A stretch of DNA of 44,171 nucleotides from positions 1 to 44,171 of the forward strand of contig CAWGED010000001.1 in NCBI GenBank assembly GCA_963821525.1. Direction: 5' to 3'. The notes beneath the pieces were generated by a model. That model searched no databases. It saw only the letters and a list, made by a program, of their open reading frames with translations, and was not told where the DNA came from. Every line of letters begins with the position of its first letter. The stretch's first letter is position 1. The DNA comes from an uncultured Gemmatimonadales bacterium (GTDB taxonomy: Bacteria; Gemmatimonadota; Gemmatimonadetes; Gemmatimonadales; GWC2-71-9). This document shows, piece after piece, positions 11,458 through 22,016 of the stretch. The translations under genes were made by a program, and so were the position numbers.

Positions 11458-13275
11458 TCCCCGGTCTCCTTCCATTCGGGCTGGTTCGTCTTGTCCAGCA
11501 GGAACGGGCCCAGCACCAGATGCGTCGATGTGGGTGCGCATGAAGCACGCGGTAGGCGTCCTCCGGCGTGCAGACGATCGGCTCGCCGCGGACGTTGAAC
11601 GAGGTGTTCACGAGCACCGCGCAGCCGGTGCGCGCTCGAACGCCTTGATGAGATCGTAGTAGTTCGGGTTGGTGTCGCGGCTCGACCGTCTGGATCGCGG
11701 GCCGAGTAGTCGATGTGGGTGACCGCGGGGATGTCGGAGCGCGCGCACGTTGAGCTGGTCGATGCCCCAGAGCCGCTCGCTGCTCGTCGGTCATCGGGAT
11801 CTGCCGCTCCCGCTTGCACCGGCGCGACCAGCAGCATGTAGGGCGAGTCGCAGTCCAGCTCGAAGTAGTCGCGCGACCCGCTCGCGGAGCACGCTGGGCG
11901 CGAACGGCCGGAAGCCCTCGCGGAACTTGATCTTGATGTTCATCTGCGCCTGCATCTGCGGACTCCGCGGATCGCCGAGGATGCTGCGGGAGCCGAGCGC
12001 GCGCGGGCCGAACTCCATCCGGCCGTCGAACCAGCCGACGATCTTCTCCTCGGCCAGAGGAGCTCGGCGACGCGGCTCGAGCAGCTCGTCGCCGGTCGAG
12101 CCGCTGGTACACGGCGCCCGACGGTCTGAGGACAGTCTCGATCTCGTCCGGGCTGAAGCCGGGCCCGAGGTAGGCGCCCTTCATGGCAGTCGCCTGCCGG
12201 GCGCGACCGTGCGGGGCTGCCTGCAGTGCCGGTGCCAGATGAGCTGCGCGACACCCGAGCGCGCCGCCGGCGTCGCCCGCCGCGGGCTGGATCCAGAGTC
12301 GCTCGAAGGGCCCCTCGCGCAGGAGCCGGCCGTTCCCGACGCAGTTCAGCGCGACGCCGCCCGCCAGGCACAGGTTCGTCGAGGCCGGTCTCCCGGTGCG
12401 CGGTGCGCGCCATCCGCAGCATGACCTCTTCGCAGACCACCTGGACCGATCGGGCCAGGTCCATCTCCTTCTGCGTCAGCTTGCGACTCGGGCTCGCGCG
12501 GCGGGCCGCCGAACAGCTCGTCGAACTCGCCGTTGGTCATCGTGAGGCCGGTCAGGTAGTTGAAGTACTTCTGGTTCAGCGGGAACGAGCCGTCTTCCCT
12601 CAGGTCGATCAGTCGCTGTAGATCAGGTCGACGTACTTCGGCTCGCCGTAGGCGCGAGGCCCATGACCTTGTACTCGCCCGAGTTGACCTTGAAGCCGGT
12701 GTAGTAGGTGAAGGCGGAGTAGAGCAGCCCGAGCGAGTCGGGCCAGTGCAGCTCCGAGATCAGCTCGATATCGTTGCCGCGTCCGACGCCGATCGAGGCG
12801 GTCGCCCACTCGCCCACGCCGTCCATCGTCAGGATCGCCGCCTCCTCGAACGGCGAGGGAAAGAAGGCGCTGGCGGCGTGCGACTCGTGGTGCTCGGCGT
12901 ACAGGAGCTCGCCGTCGTAGTCGCAGCGCCTTCCGGAGCGTCCGGTCGGTGAACAGCTTCTCCTTGATCCAGAGCGGCCCCGCCATGAGGAACGAGCGGA
13001 ACCCCCGGCGCAACGCCCAGGTAGGTCTCCAGGATCCGCTCGAACTTGAGCAGGGGCTTGTCGTAAAAGCCGACGTAGCTGAGGTCGCTCGACGGCGATC
13101 CCGCCTGCCGTCAGGCAGAACTCCACGGCGCTGGCGGGAACGCGTCGCCCTTGTTGCGGGTGAAGCGCTCTTCCTGCGCCGCGGCCACGATCTCGCCGTC
13201 GCGCAGGAGGCAGGCGGCGCTGTCGTGGTAATAGGCGGAAATACCGAGGATGTATACACTTGCGGGACGCGACAT
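11430..13275 (-). CDS. O-carbamoyltransferase, NodU/CmcH/SxtI family (heavily frameshifted)
   Basis: YILGISAYYHDSAACL, EHHESHAASAF, MDGVGE, SLGLLYSAFTYYTGFKVNSGEYKVMGLAP, EFGPRALGSRSIL, KIKFREGFRPFAPS and NTSFNVRGEPIV. Confidence 0.93.
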
Positions 13276-13368
13276 GCAGTCTCTTGGTTACCGGTAAGCT
13301 GGCCACGTGATTCGAGCCCGAAGACTGGGAAGTGAGGTGGGGACGCAACATTCAGGCCCGCGCAACAG

Positions 13369-14468
13369 CTAACCTCCCGTGGAATACGGAATACCTGACA
13401 TGTAAACATGATCGATCCGCATGAAGTCCTCGCGGGTTCGCGGGCCCTTACCTCCCCCCCAAGTGGGGTTCCACTTCCAGCCGTAGAACCCGTTTTGGTT
13501 CTCCCGGGTCACATAGACCACGTTCCCGTAGTTCATGATTTCAGTCCCGTCCACCCACATCCGAAGAGTGCCATTGGCCACACCCAGGTCGTTCAGCTCG
13601 AGCACCATCTCCCATTGATGCCAGACCCCGCAGGTCATCAGCTTGCGCTCATCCTTGTTCTGCGACAGCACTCGAACCGGCCGGATGTGACCACCTTGAA
13701 AGAAGTGGAGACCGAAGGCGCCTGCAGTGAAGTGGTCTTTCCCGCCCCCGTTAAGGATGATGATTCCCTCATTAGCTGCAGAGTGCTCTGAATCCCGGCC
13801 ATATCCGAAGAATCCCATCTTCGTGCCGTTGTTATTCTGGAAGTAATCCTCTCCCTCAATCATGATCCACATTGCCAGGTAAAGCGCCCGCTTCTGCCCC
13901 TGACGCCCTCTAGCGCGGTCCCACCCCCAAAAGCTCACTGGACCGGATCCAGCCTTGAGTCCGGAAGGGAAGCGGGTTCGGACGACAGTGGGCGGGCTCG
14001 CCGCTGCAGTCGGATCCTCGACGAAGGTCAAGTTCGCCTTGCCCTGCCGCCGCGCCCACCAAACGCCGATCTGGTTCTCCGAATGCTCGGCTTCTGAAGT
14101 ACCTTCGAACGGGATCGGGCCGCGCCCGTCGAACTCCGCGAATCGGACAAAGCCCGGCGGCTCGTGCGGCCGCAGTGAAGCCCGCACAGAGTCGTCGTAT
14201 GACGTCGGGCCGGTCGTCGCCCCTGCTCCCGGTCCATGTTGACCGGGCTCGGGCAGACCCACGGGTTCCTGCGGCCGGTCGGAGACGCCCGCGGAGTCGA
14301 AGAGAATTGGAACACTCGGTCCCCCTCCGCAATCGGCGGAGACTCACCGGGCGCGAGATGATCGGCCGCGATGGCCAGGGCGGTGACTGGAACGAGAAAG
14401 TGCCAGCGCAGATAGCACCACCGAAGCGCTGAGGAGCGGGATCGATGGGCCTCCATAACGCGGATCAT
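13369..14468 (-). CDS. Exported protein with a concanavalin-A/polysaccharide-lyase-like beta-sandwich domain (paralog of the 18099 C-terminal domain; frameshift near 14260)
   Basis: N-terminal hydrophobic segment (WHFLVPVTALAIAA). Domain motifs LYLAMW, TKM, GVWHQWEMVLELNDLGVANGTLRMWVDG, WGG and IDHVY. The fold call is by motif resemblance only. Confidence 0.55.
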
Positions 14469-14531
14469 CGTACCTCATGAAGAAACCAGTGGTACATCAC
14501 GGGATGAGTCAACCCACTGACGGAGTTCCTG

Positions 14532-16485
14532 CTACGGCTGTTGCCACCGGCGCCTCCAGCCCTCCAGCATCAAGATAGCCCACAGACCTAGCGCATCCTG
14601 CCCCTGACCCCCCCGGAAGCGTTGCCAAGCGGTGCTGACTGCCTTCGCGTTAAAGAGGCCGCCCTCCCGTAAAGCTGCCGGCGCCAATAGATCGTCGGCC
14701 CACTCCCTGAGACCACCTCGAAGCCAGGAAGCGACCGGCACGGTGAACCCACCTTTTCGCGTTCCACCAGTCCAGCTGGCACATGCCGATAGAGAGCCTG
14801 GCGGAGGAGCCATTTCCCGCTGCGGCCACGGAGCTTATGGCGGCGCGGAAGCCGCCATGAGAACTCTACCAGACGGTGGTCGAGTAGCGGAACCCGGACC
14901 TCAAGGCTAACGGCCATACTGGCCCGATCCACTTTCGCAAGGAGATCATCGGGTAGGTAGGTCGTCTGATCGGCAAGCATCATGCGGTCCAGGAGGCTCC
15001 CTGGCAGATCTCCAGCAAGAATCCGCTCGGCCGGGGAGGGCTCCTCGCGACCGTTGGTCAGGAGGAGCGCTGGCGCCTGCCAAGCGGACATCAGCGAGAG
15101 GTACCGGGAGGCCTCCGTGTCTGCGCTCAGCAGATCGCCGACTTTCCTCAGCTTGGTTCCCGCGAGCCGGGTTTGTCCCTGACGCGGTAGGAAGGGTGAA
15201 AGCGCCTCGTGAACCCGGTTCCAGCTTTCGGGAGCGAGGCTCCCGAGCCCGAAGGCAGTGAGTCGCCGAAGGCTCCGAGGCCAATGGCCTGCCCGGCGGA
15301 TGAGGGTCTCGCCGTACAAATACCGGTTGTAACCGGCCAAGAGTTCATCTCCGCCGTCGCCCGTGAGGGCGACGGTCACAGAGCGTCGTGCGAGGGCACT
15401 CACAAGGTAAGTAGGTATCTGAGAGGGATCGGCGAGGGGCTCGTCGAAGATCTCAGGGAGGCGCGGCACCACGGCGAGCGCGTCATCGGCCGTCACCCGG
15501 AGCTCGGTGTGGTCTGTCCCCAGATGAGCTGCAATCCGTCGTGCATAGGCCGATTCGTCGTGCTCGGCCTGATCGAACCCGATGGTGAAAGTCTTCACCG
15601 GTCGGGTGACGAGGGATTGCATGGTAGCGACGACTGCGGAAGAGTCGATCCCACCGGAGAGGAGGGCGCCCAATGGCACATCCGCCTCAAGGCGGAGCCG
15701 AACGGCTTCGGTGAATAGGTTGTCGAACGCGTCGATGGCCTCCTCATCGGTGCCGGAGAACTGCTCGGCGAGCCCCTGTCGCGCGGCGTCTTCGACCGAC
15801 CAGTACGCACGCGATGCCGGCAGCGGCACATCGACGTCAGAGACGGTGAGCAGGTGGCCAGGCAGGAGCTTGAGCGTTCGCAGATATACCGAGCGCGGAG
15901 CCGGCACATAGAGGTGCCGGAGGTAGGCAGTCACTGCGACCGGGTCGAGGTTGCGATCGAATTCCGGACCGGCCAGAAGAGCCTTGAGCTCGGAGCCGAA
16001 AGTAAGCAGCCCGCGCTGCCAATAGATATACAGTGGTTTGATCCCCAGACGATCCCTGATCAGGGTCAGCTCGCGCCCAACACCGTCCCACACCGCAATA
16101 GCGAACATCCCGACAAATCGGCGGACCGCAGCGTCGATCCCCCACCGATCGAAAGCAGCGAGGATTACCTCGGTATCCGAGTGGCCCCTGAACCGATCGC
16201 CCGCCGCCTCCAGTTCCCTCCGCAGCTCGTTGTGATTGAAGACCTCGCCGTTGAAGACCAAGATGAAACGGCCGGAGGCCGATCGCATCGGCTGATGCCC
16301 GAGCTCAGACAGATCAATGATCGATAGTCGCCGAAAGCCAAGGGCAATTCCGGCCTCCTGGTTGGCCCACACACCACTGTCGTCCGGCCCGCGATGGGAA
16401 TCGGAACAGTCATCCGCCGTGCGAGATGCTCCAGGTCCCCACCTGAAAAACGCGCACTCACGAACAAACCCGCCAGGCCACACAT
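14532..16485 (-). CDS. asnB: Asparagine synthase (glutamine-hydrolysing)-family amidotransferase
   Basis: N-terminal MCG (Ntn Cys), HRGPDD, RRLSIIDLS..GHQPM, FNGE, RDRLGIKPL, LLSGGIDSS, ALTGDGGDELLAGY and KVDRASMAVSLEVRVPLLD. Confidence 0.93.
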
Positions 16486-16614
16486 CAGGTCGGGCCCACC
16501 TGCCAAGCCCAGACGCGGATCCACATGAGCATGGGGGATCCCCCGCTTCGAATGGTGTGCATTCCTTCATCATGAAACTAGGACGTCCGGCGTGAATGAT
16601 AACTGCTGCAGCGA

Positions 16615-16630
16615 AGCAACAGCTGGTCCA
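16615..16630 (-). promoter_or_regulatory. Candidate sigma-54 promoter
   Basis: Minus strand TGGACCAGCTGTTGCT, 130 bp upstream of asnB. Confidence 0.4.
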
Positions 16631-16745
16631 GCCCCCCAAGACATTCCGGCATAATGGCTTGGGCAATACTTGTCAGGCTGCCTGCTGCGGGATGGGCCAT
16701 GCTGGCCGGCACGACTGAGGGCGGCCCTGGCGCCTACTGGAAGCC

Positions 16746-17981
16746 TCAGGGATCACGGGAAGGTAAGGCTGCGGTGGTGAGGCGGTGCTGCAGGAGGGGG
16801 ATCAGGCGCTGCGCAACGATCCTTGCCAGCATTTCGTTTGCCCGAGGCGTGAGGTGAGCATAGTCCGTAAAGCTCTGTTCCGCTGTTTGGTCGTAGATCT
16901 CCGTGAGGTCGATGAACTCGGCACCGACCCGCTTTACCATGTCCTCCTCTTGTTTGCGAATGAACGGAACGGCCTGATGAATGTAAGCCTCATAGCCAGG
17001 TCGGTACGACTGCACGTTGAACTCGAAGAGCTTCCTCTCGACTCGTGGCATCGGCTTGTCACGCTCCAGGATCAGCATCGGTTGAAGCATGAACACGGCA
17101 GCACTCCCTCATCACGAAGGATCAGGCCGGAGCGCTCCTGCATCTTGAGCGCCGAGCGTGGAAACACGTCGCGCAGCCCGGCCATCGCCGAATTGACGTT
17201 CATGGGATGCTGGGGACGGCGTCCAGAGAGCGCCAAGCCGAGGTTCTTGGCCCCGCGCCCCAGCAGGTTCGCGAACGCGCTGCGGCGGTACAGCCACCAA
17301 GCGTTCGCGTACAACAGGGCGTGAAGCGTTGGCTCGCCCATGACCGTCTTGGACTGCAGCGTGTAGGTGTAATCCGCGAACTGGTCGTGGTTGCGATTGA
17401 AGAAGTAGAAGTCGTTAAAGCCATCCAGAAAGAGCACCGCATCCGGCTGGAACCCGAGGATTGTCTGGTTCAGGTAAATCAGGTGATGGTGAGTCCAGGT
17501 GCTCGTGATGGCAGCATTGACAACCTCAACTCGGCTGCTTGGGGAATGCTCCCGCCAGGTCTTGCTCGAGATAGGAGTCGATTGTCTGGGAATTCTTGAG
17601 AACGGGGAAGGTGTCTTGAATGTGGGGCCAGAGCCCCCCCACGCCGTAGGCCGTGGAGCCTCCCATAAGGAAAATGCGGATGGTATCGGGAGGCTTCCTC
17701 CGCTGCACCAGTGAATCCCGGCGAAACCCTTGGGCATTATGCCGGATTCCCCGGGTGTCGACGAAGTTCGGCGCGGGGAGAATGTTCTTATAAGGATCAA
17801 AGACGAACTGGTAGAGGTGCTTGCCGTCGTACCCGGCGGTGAGCCTGAGGTAAAGTCGGGCGCCGGCTTCACACAGCCCGAGGATGAGGACTAAGAAGCC
17901 GAATAGGAACAAAAAGATCTTACCGCGGGTGAGGCGACTCGCGGCCGGCGCCTCGCCGGGGGTATGCTTGGAACTACTCAT
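16746..17981 (-). CDS. Membrane-anchored SGNH/GDSL hydrolase or acyltransferase (frameshifted)
   Basis: N-terminal TM helix followed by RIFLMGGST (block I), VVNAA, DGFND (block III), LQP and FTDYAHLT..AN (DxxH). Confidence 0.8.
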
Positions 17982-18043
17982 GACAGCCGAGTTCGGTAGG
18001 GCCGCAGAGCGGGGAGGCCGAGACGGGACACGCCAATAAGGCA

Positions 18044-18080
18044 CCCCGATCCCCGGGGCTCATGGTCCCGGAGATCGGGG
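18044..18080. terminator. GC-rich stem-loop after the large surface protein gene
   Basis: CCCCGATC..CCGG paired with CCGG..GATCGGGG just downstream of the stop at 18099. The U-tract is weak. Confidence 0.4.
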
Positions 18081-18098
18081 ATCGCAGCAGCCTAACGA

Positions 18099-21000
18099 TC
18101 AAGGAACACCGGAGAGGTAGACATGGTCTGCCCGCATGTAGTCATCTCGGATCCGGGGCCCTCCTGCACCGCCCCATGTCGGGTTCCACTTCCAAGCCCG
18201 GAAGCCGGCGAGGTTCCCCGGGGTAATGTAGACGACGTCGCTGTAATCGAGAATGCGAATGCCATCTATCCACACCTTGAGCTTGCCGTTGGCCTGACCC
18301 AGTGTGTTGAGTTCCAGCAGCAGCTCCCAGTGGTGCCAGACCCCGCAGGTCATCAGCTTCCGCGTGTCGACGTTCTGATCCATCACCCGCACCGGAACAA
18401 TGTGCCCACCCTGGAAAAAGTGGAACCCGAAGGAGCTGGCTGTGAAATGCTGGGTGCCTCCACCATTCATGATGAAAATGCCCTCGTTGTCCGCCGGCGA
18501 CGGATCCCTCCCATACCCGAAATAGCTCATCTTGGTGCCGTTGTTGTTCTGATAGTAGTCCGGCCCCTCGATCATCATCCACATCGAGAGGTACAGCTTG
18601 GAGTACCTTGCCCCATTCGCGTCCCACCCTCCCATTGTGACGGGCCCACTCCCCCCGGGGAGCCCGGTCCTGAACCGCGTCCGCATCACGTTCGGCGGGC
18701 TCTCCGGCGCTGTAAGGTCAGGATAAACGACCACCAGGTCGGGATCGTTCATCGGGTACGTCGTACCAGGCCCCGGCCAATCCTCCCAGGCTCCTGGGAT
18801 AAGATGGTAACGAACTGAGGTTATGTTCAGCAAATCGAACGAAACCAGACGGCTCGTTCGGATGCGCGTTCGGATTCGCCGGGCAGCTGGACGTCTGCTT
18901 CGAACGTGACAGTCGGGAGACCCGCGCTGGACAGTTCTACCGTATGGATTCCGGCGAGCGGGCCAACCTTCCAGCCGGTGCTGATTTCCCCTTGCGCGTT
19001 GGTGACGGCCGTGGGAGAGGGGTTGATCAACTGCCCACCATTGTTCACCTGCCAGACGACGTTCACGCCCGGCTTGGGATTTCCCGCCGCATCGTACACC
19101 CGCGCCCTCAATGTGGTCGGGACCTGAGTACCAACCAACACGGTCTGGCCATCGCCCGCTAGAATCGCCAGAGTGCCTGACCCAGCCGCGACCAGGAAAC
19201 TCACACTCACCGGTTTCGACCCCGCAGTGCTGTTCACGTCGAAGTCGGCCGTGTAACTCCCGGCCGGCAGGGTTCCCGTTGTCGCAGTGAGAACCAGTGC
19301 GGCAGGGGTTGAGGTGCTGCTGAGGGACGCATTGAGCCAGCCGGTTTGACCGCCGCCGTAGGTGATATTGCCGAGCGCAAGGCTGGTGATGGTTCCTCCA
19401 CCGGCGTCGGTGACAGTCAGCGACTTCGAGGCCGGGCTGGGCTGGCCGATCGTCCCGGTGAAGGTCGCCGAACTCGGAGATACGGCCAAGGCCGACCCGC
19501 CAAGGACATTCACATTCACCCTGAAGGTCTTCGGCGAATTGCTGGCCACCGGAGAGGTGAGTTCCACGACCGCAGAATAGCCGCCCGGAGGCAGGGATCC
19601 GGTGTGCGGCTGCAGGGTCACCGTGGCCGGCGCCGTCGTGTGGTCGAGGGTTGGAGTGAGCCACCCCGTCGGCCCACCGGTATAGGTGATGCTCCCGAAT
19701 CCAAGCCCGGTAAGGGTGCCGCCAGCGGTGTTTGAGACTGCAATCGTCTTAGGAGTCGGATCGGGTCCACCTGCCGTTGTGCCGAAGTCACGGCCCGAGG
19801 GAGAGACGCCGATACTCGGAGGCGTTACTAGAGGAAAGACCTCCAGGCTGACCGTGAGGTTCTTCGAGGCGACGCCGGTGACTCCGGAGTTGACCGGCAC
19901 CGTGGCGTTATAGGTGCCGGCGGCGAGTCCGCTGATGTCCGGAGTGAGCGTGATGGTAGACGGTGCCGTGGTCAGGCCCAGGGTTGCGGTAAGCCAGCCA
20001 CGTGGCGCCAGGGCCGTAGCTGGTGGTGCCGAGCGAGAGGAGGGCGAGGTTCCCGCCCCCGCCGTTCGAAACATCTACAGTGATCGGAGCTGGGTTGGCA
20101 GCCCCTGCATGTGGCGGAAAAGGCCGCATTGCTGGGAGAAAGATTGATGCTGGGCGGCTACTGGACTGCCGCTCACGTTGAAGGTCACCACAGTACTGGC
20201 CGGCGAAACCCCGCTCAGGCTGGAATTGACCTGCACCGTGGCGGTGTAGGTGCCTGCGGCCAGCGTCCCGGTCGCCGCCTGCAGATTGAGCGTAGTCGGC
20301 GCAGTCGTGCCCGGCAAGACTCGCCGTGAGCCAGCCTCCTGCACCGGCGCCATAGGTGATCGACCCCAGCCCGAGATCGGTCAGCGCACCACCACCGCTG
20401 TTGCTGACGGCGACCTTCTGAAGCGGAGGATCCGCTGCCACCCGCTGTGGCGGACACGGTGAGTGACTGAGGGAGAAAGAGCGATGGTCGGCGGAATGGC
20501 GGAGAGCGCTCACCCCGAACGAAACCGTAACCGTGTCCGGGATGATCCCAGGCAGACTGGAACTCACCGGCACCCGAGCGACGTAGGTTCCCACCGCCAG
20601 GCCAGTGATGTTTGCCTGCAGGCGCAGAACGGCGGGGGCGGTGGTCTGGTTAGAGCTCGCCGTCAGCCAGCCGGTTGCGCCCGGGACCGTACTCCACCGG
20701 CCCGGCACGACAGCCCAGAAAGGGTGCCCGGTCCGGCGTTCTCGATCGTGACAGTCTGCTGGGCGGGACTGGCTCCCCCAGCATCTCCCGCCACCGAGAT
20801 AGTTGTCGGGGAGACCGAGAGGATCGGCCCGGGCTGGTAATTAAAGGTGGCCAGGACATACCGGGTAACGACGCCGGTCACCGTCGAGATCACCGGCACG
20901 CTTGCGGTGTACGTGCCCTGGCTGAAGATCGACTGGTGGAATGACCCGCAACACCATGGTGGCCGGCGTTGACTGCGCGCCTCCGATGCTGACGCTCAAC

Positions 21001-21294
21001 CAGCCGGACACGATGGGCGAATAAAGAATCGTCCCGACGCCGAGGCCAGTGACTTGGCCTGAGGCACCCGTGATATCGACAGTCTGGTCGGGTGGTGCCG
21101 ACCCGAACTGAGAAGTGAAATTCACCGACGACGGCGATACCGACAGCTGCGCGATATCTGGCGGCGGATTGAAGCCGCCCTTTTCCTCCGGCGGCGGCAC
21201 GCATCCAAGGACCGTGGTGAACAGGAACAAGGCGGCGCTGACGACGGCGCAAAAGACCGCGGCCGGCCGACGTTGACGTCGGGGTCTTCTTCAT
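18099..21294 (-). CDS. Large surface lipoprotein: six BACON-like Ig repeats, a Big_1-like domain and a C-terminal ConA/lyase-like domain (about 1050 aa, frameshifted)
   Basis: Lipobox-like TVLGC. Six roughly 105-aa repeats with consensus SxSP...P....VxN.GGG.L..L.LG.ITYG.G..GWL...L..TTAP..L.L....GL.AGTY. Then ILAGDGQT...RVYDAAGNPKPGVNVVW...TNAQG (Big_1-like), then the head domain shared with 13369. Confidence 0.8.
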
Positions 21295-21369
21295 TGGGCA
21301 CCCTCGTTGGCGCAGAAATGAGCTTTGATTTACAACATCATACGACAATTGCACTTACCTCGGCAATAA

Positions 21370-21397
21370 TGGCACTGGCGCTGCAGCACCGATGCCA
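21370..21397. promoter_or_regulatory. Overlapping sigma-54-like motifs on both strands
   Basis: Minus strand TGGCATCGGTGCTGCA (21382-21397) faces the surface lipoprotein gene. Plus strand TGGCACTGGCGCTGCA (21370-21385) shares the central TGCA. The surrounding gap is AT-enriched. Confidence 0.5.
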
Positions 21398-21493
21398 CAG
21401 CCAGAGGCGGGCAATTTGGGGTAGCCTGCAATTTTGTACAATTGGACAATTCCGGACACTGAACAAAATCTGGTGGGCAACCATGTTAAACAT

Positions 21494-21830
21494 CTAACCG
21501 ACTGGAGCCAGTGCTCCAGCGCCTGCAAGTCTCCTTCCGCGTAACATTCCATGGGTGGGCAGCGTGCAGAGGGGATCCGACAACTCGCGGGCCCCAAGGA
21601 AACGCCTCGCCGATTGCCAATGCGGCTCCCAAACCCGTCCAGGTCGGCGAGCGCCCGAGGGTAGCCGGGAGCGATGCCTAGCCCCGAAGCCCGCGCGGAA
21701 CGCCATTCACCTAAGCGTTCCGCCTGCGCATGAACCGGGTATGCGGAGATCGCCCGAGGTGGCCAGCGGAGCCCCAAAGGGATCCGGACCGGGAACTGGC
21801 GCTGAGCAGCAGGGCAAGGTGCATGCAGGC
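21494..21830 (-). pseudogene. Orphan fragment paralogous to the C-terminus of the DegT-like gene at 25243-26485
   Basis: GIAPGYPRALADLDGFGSRI / GARELSDPLCTLPTH / DLQALEHWL match GIFPGYPRVLADLDGFGGRV / GARELAQGLHTLPTH / DLAGLSAWL. No PLP-binding N-terminal part is present. Confidence 0.7.
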
Positions 21831-22016
21831 CCCCGGTGCCGCGCCGCAAGAGTCGCTGTCATGCCGGACGCGTGAGCGCCGATTGGATCACCGGCGATCC
21901 CGATACCCGCCACGAGGGAAATCTGGTCGTTCACGCGTGACGATTTTTTCTTGCCATCACCACTGCCCTCTTCTATCATCCATGCCGCTTTTCAACCCCT
22001 TGTTCGCGGAGCTGTC

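Noticed and set aside
10869..13275. Saxitoxin biosynthesis cluster
   Set aside because: No SxtA-like PKS, amidinotransferase or other core genes are present, and the context is glycan biosynthesis.
14532..16485. Lasso peptide cyclase or RiPP cluster (AsnB-like plus ATP-grasp)
   Set aside because: The protein retains the N-terminal MCG glutaminase domain, and no precursor, B protein or RRE is seen. EPS-linked amidotransferase fits better.
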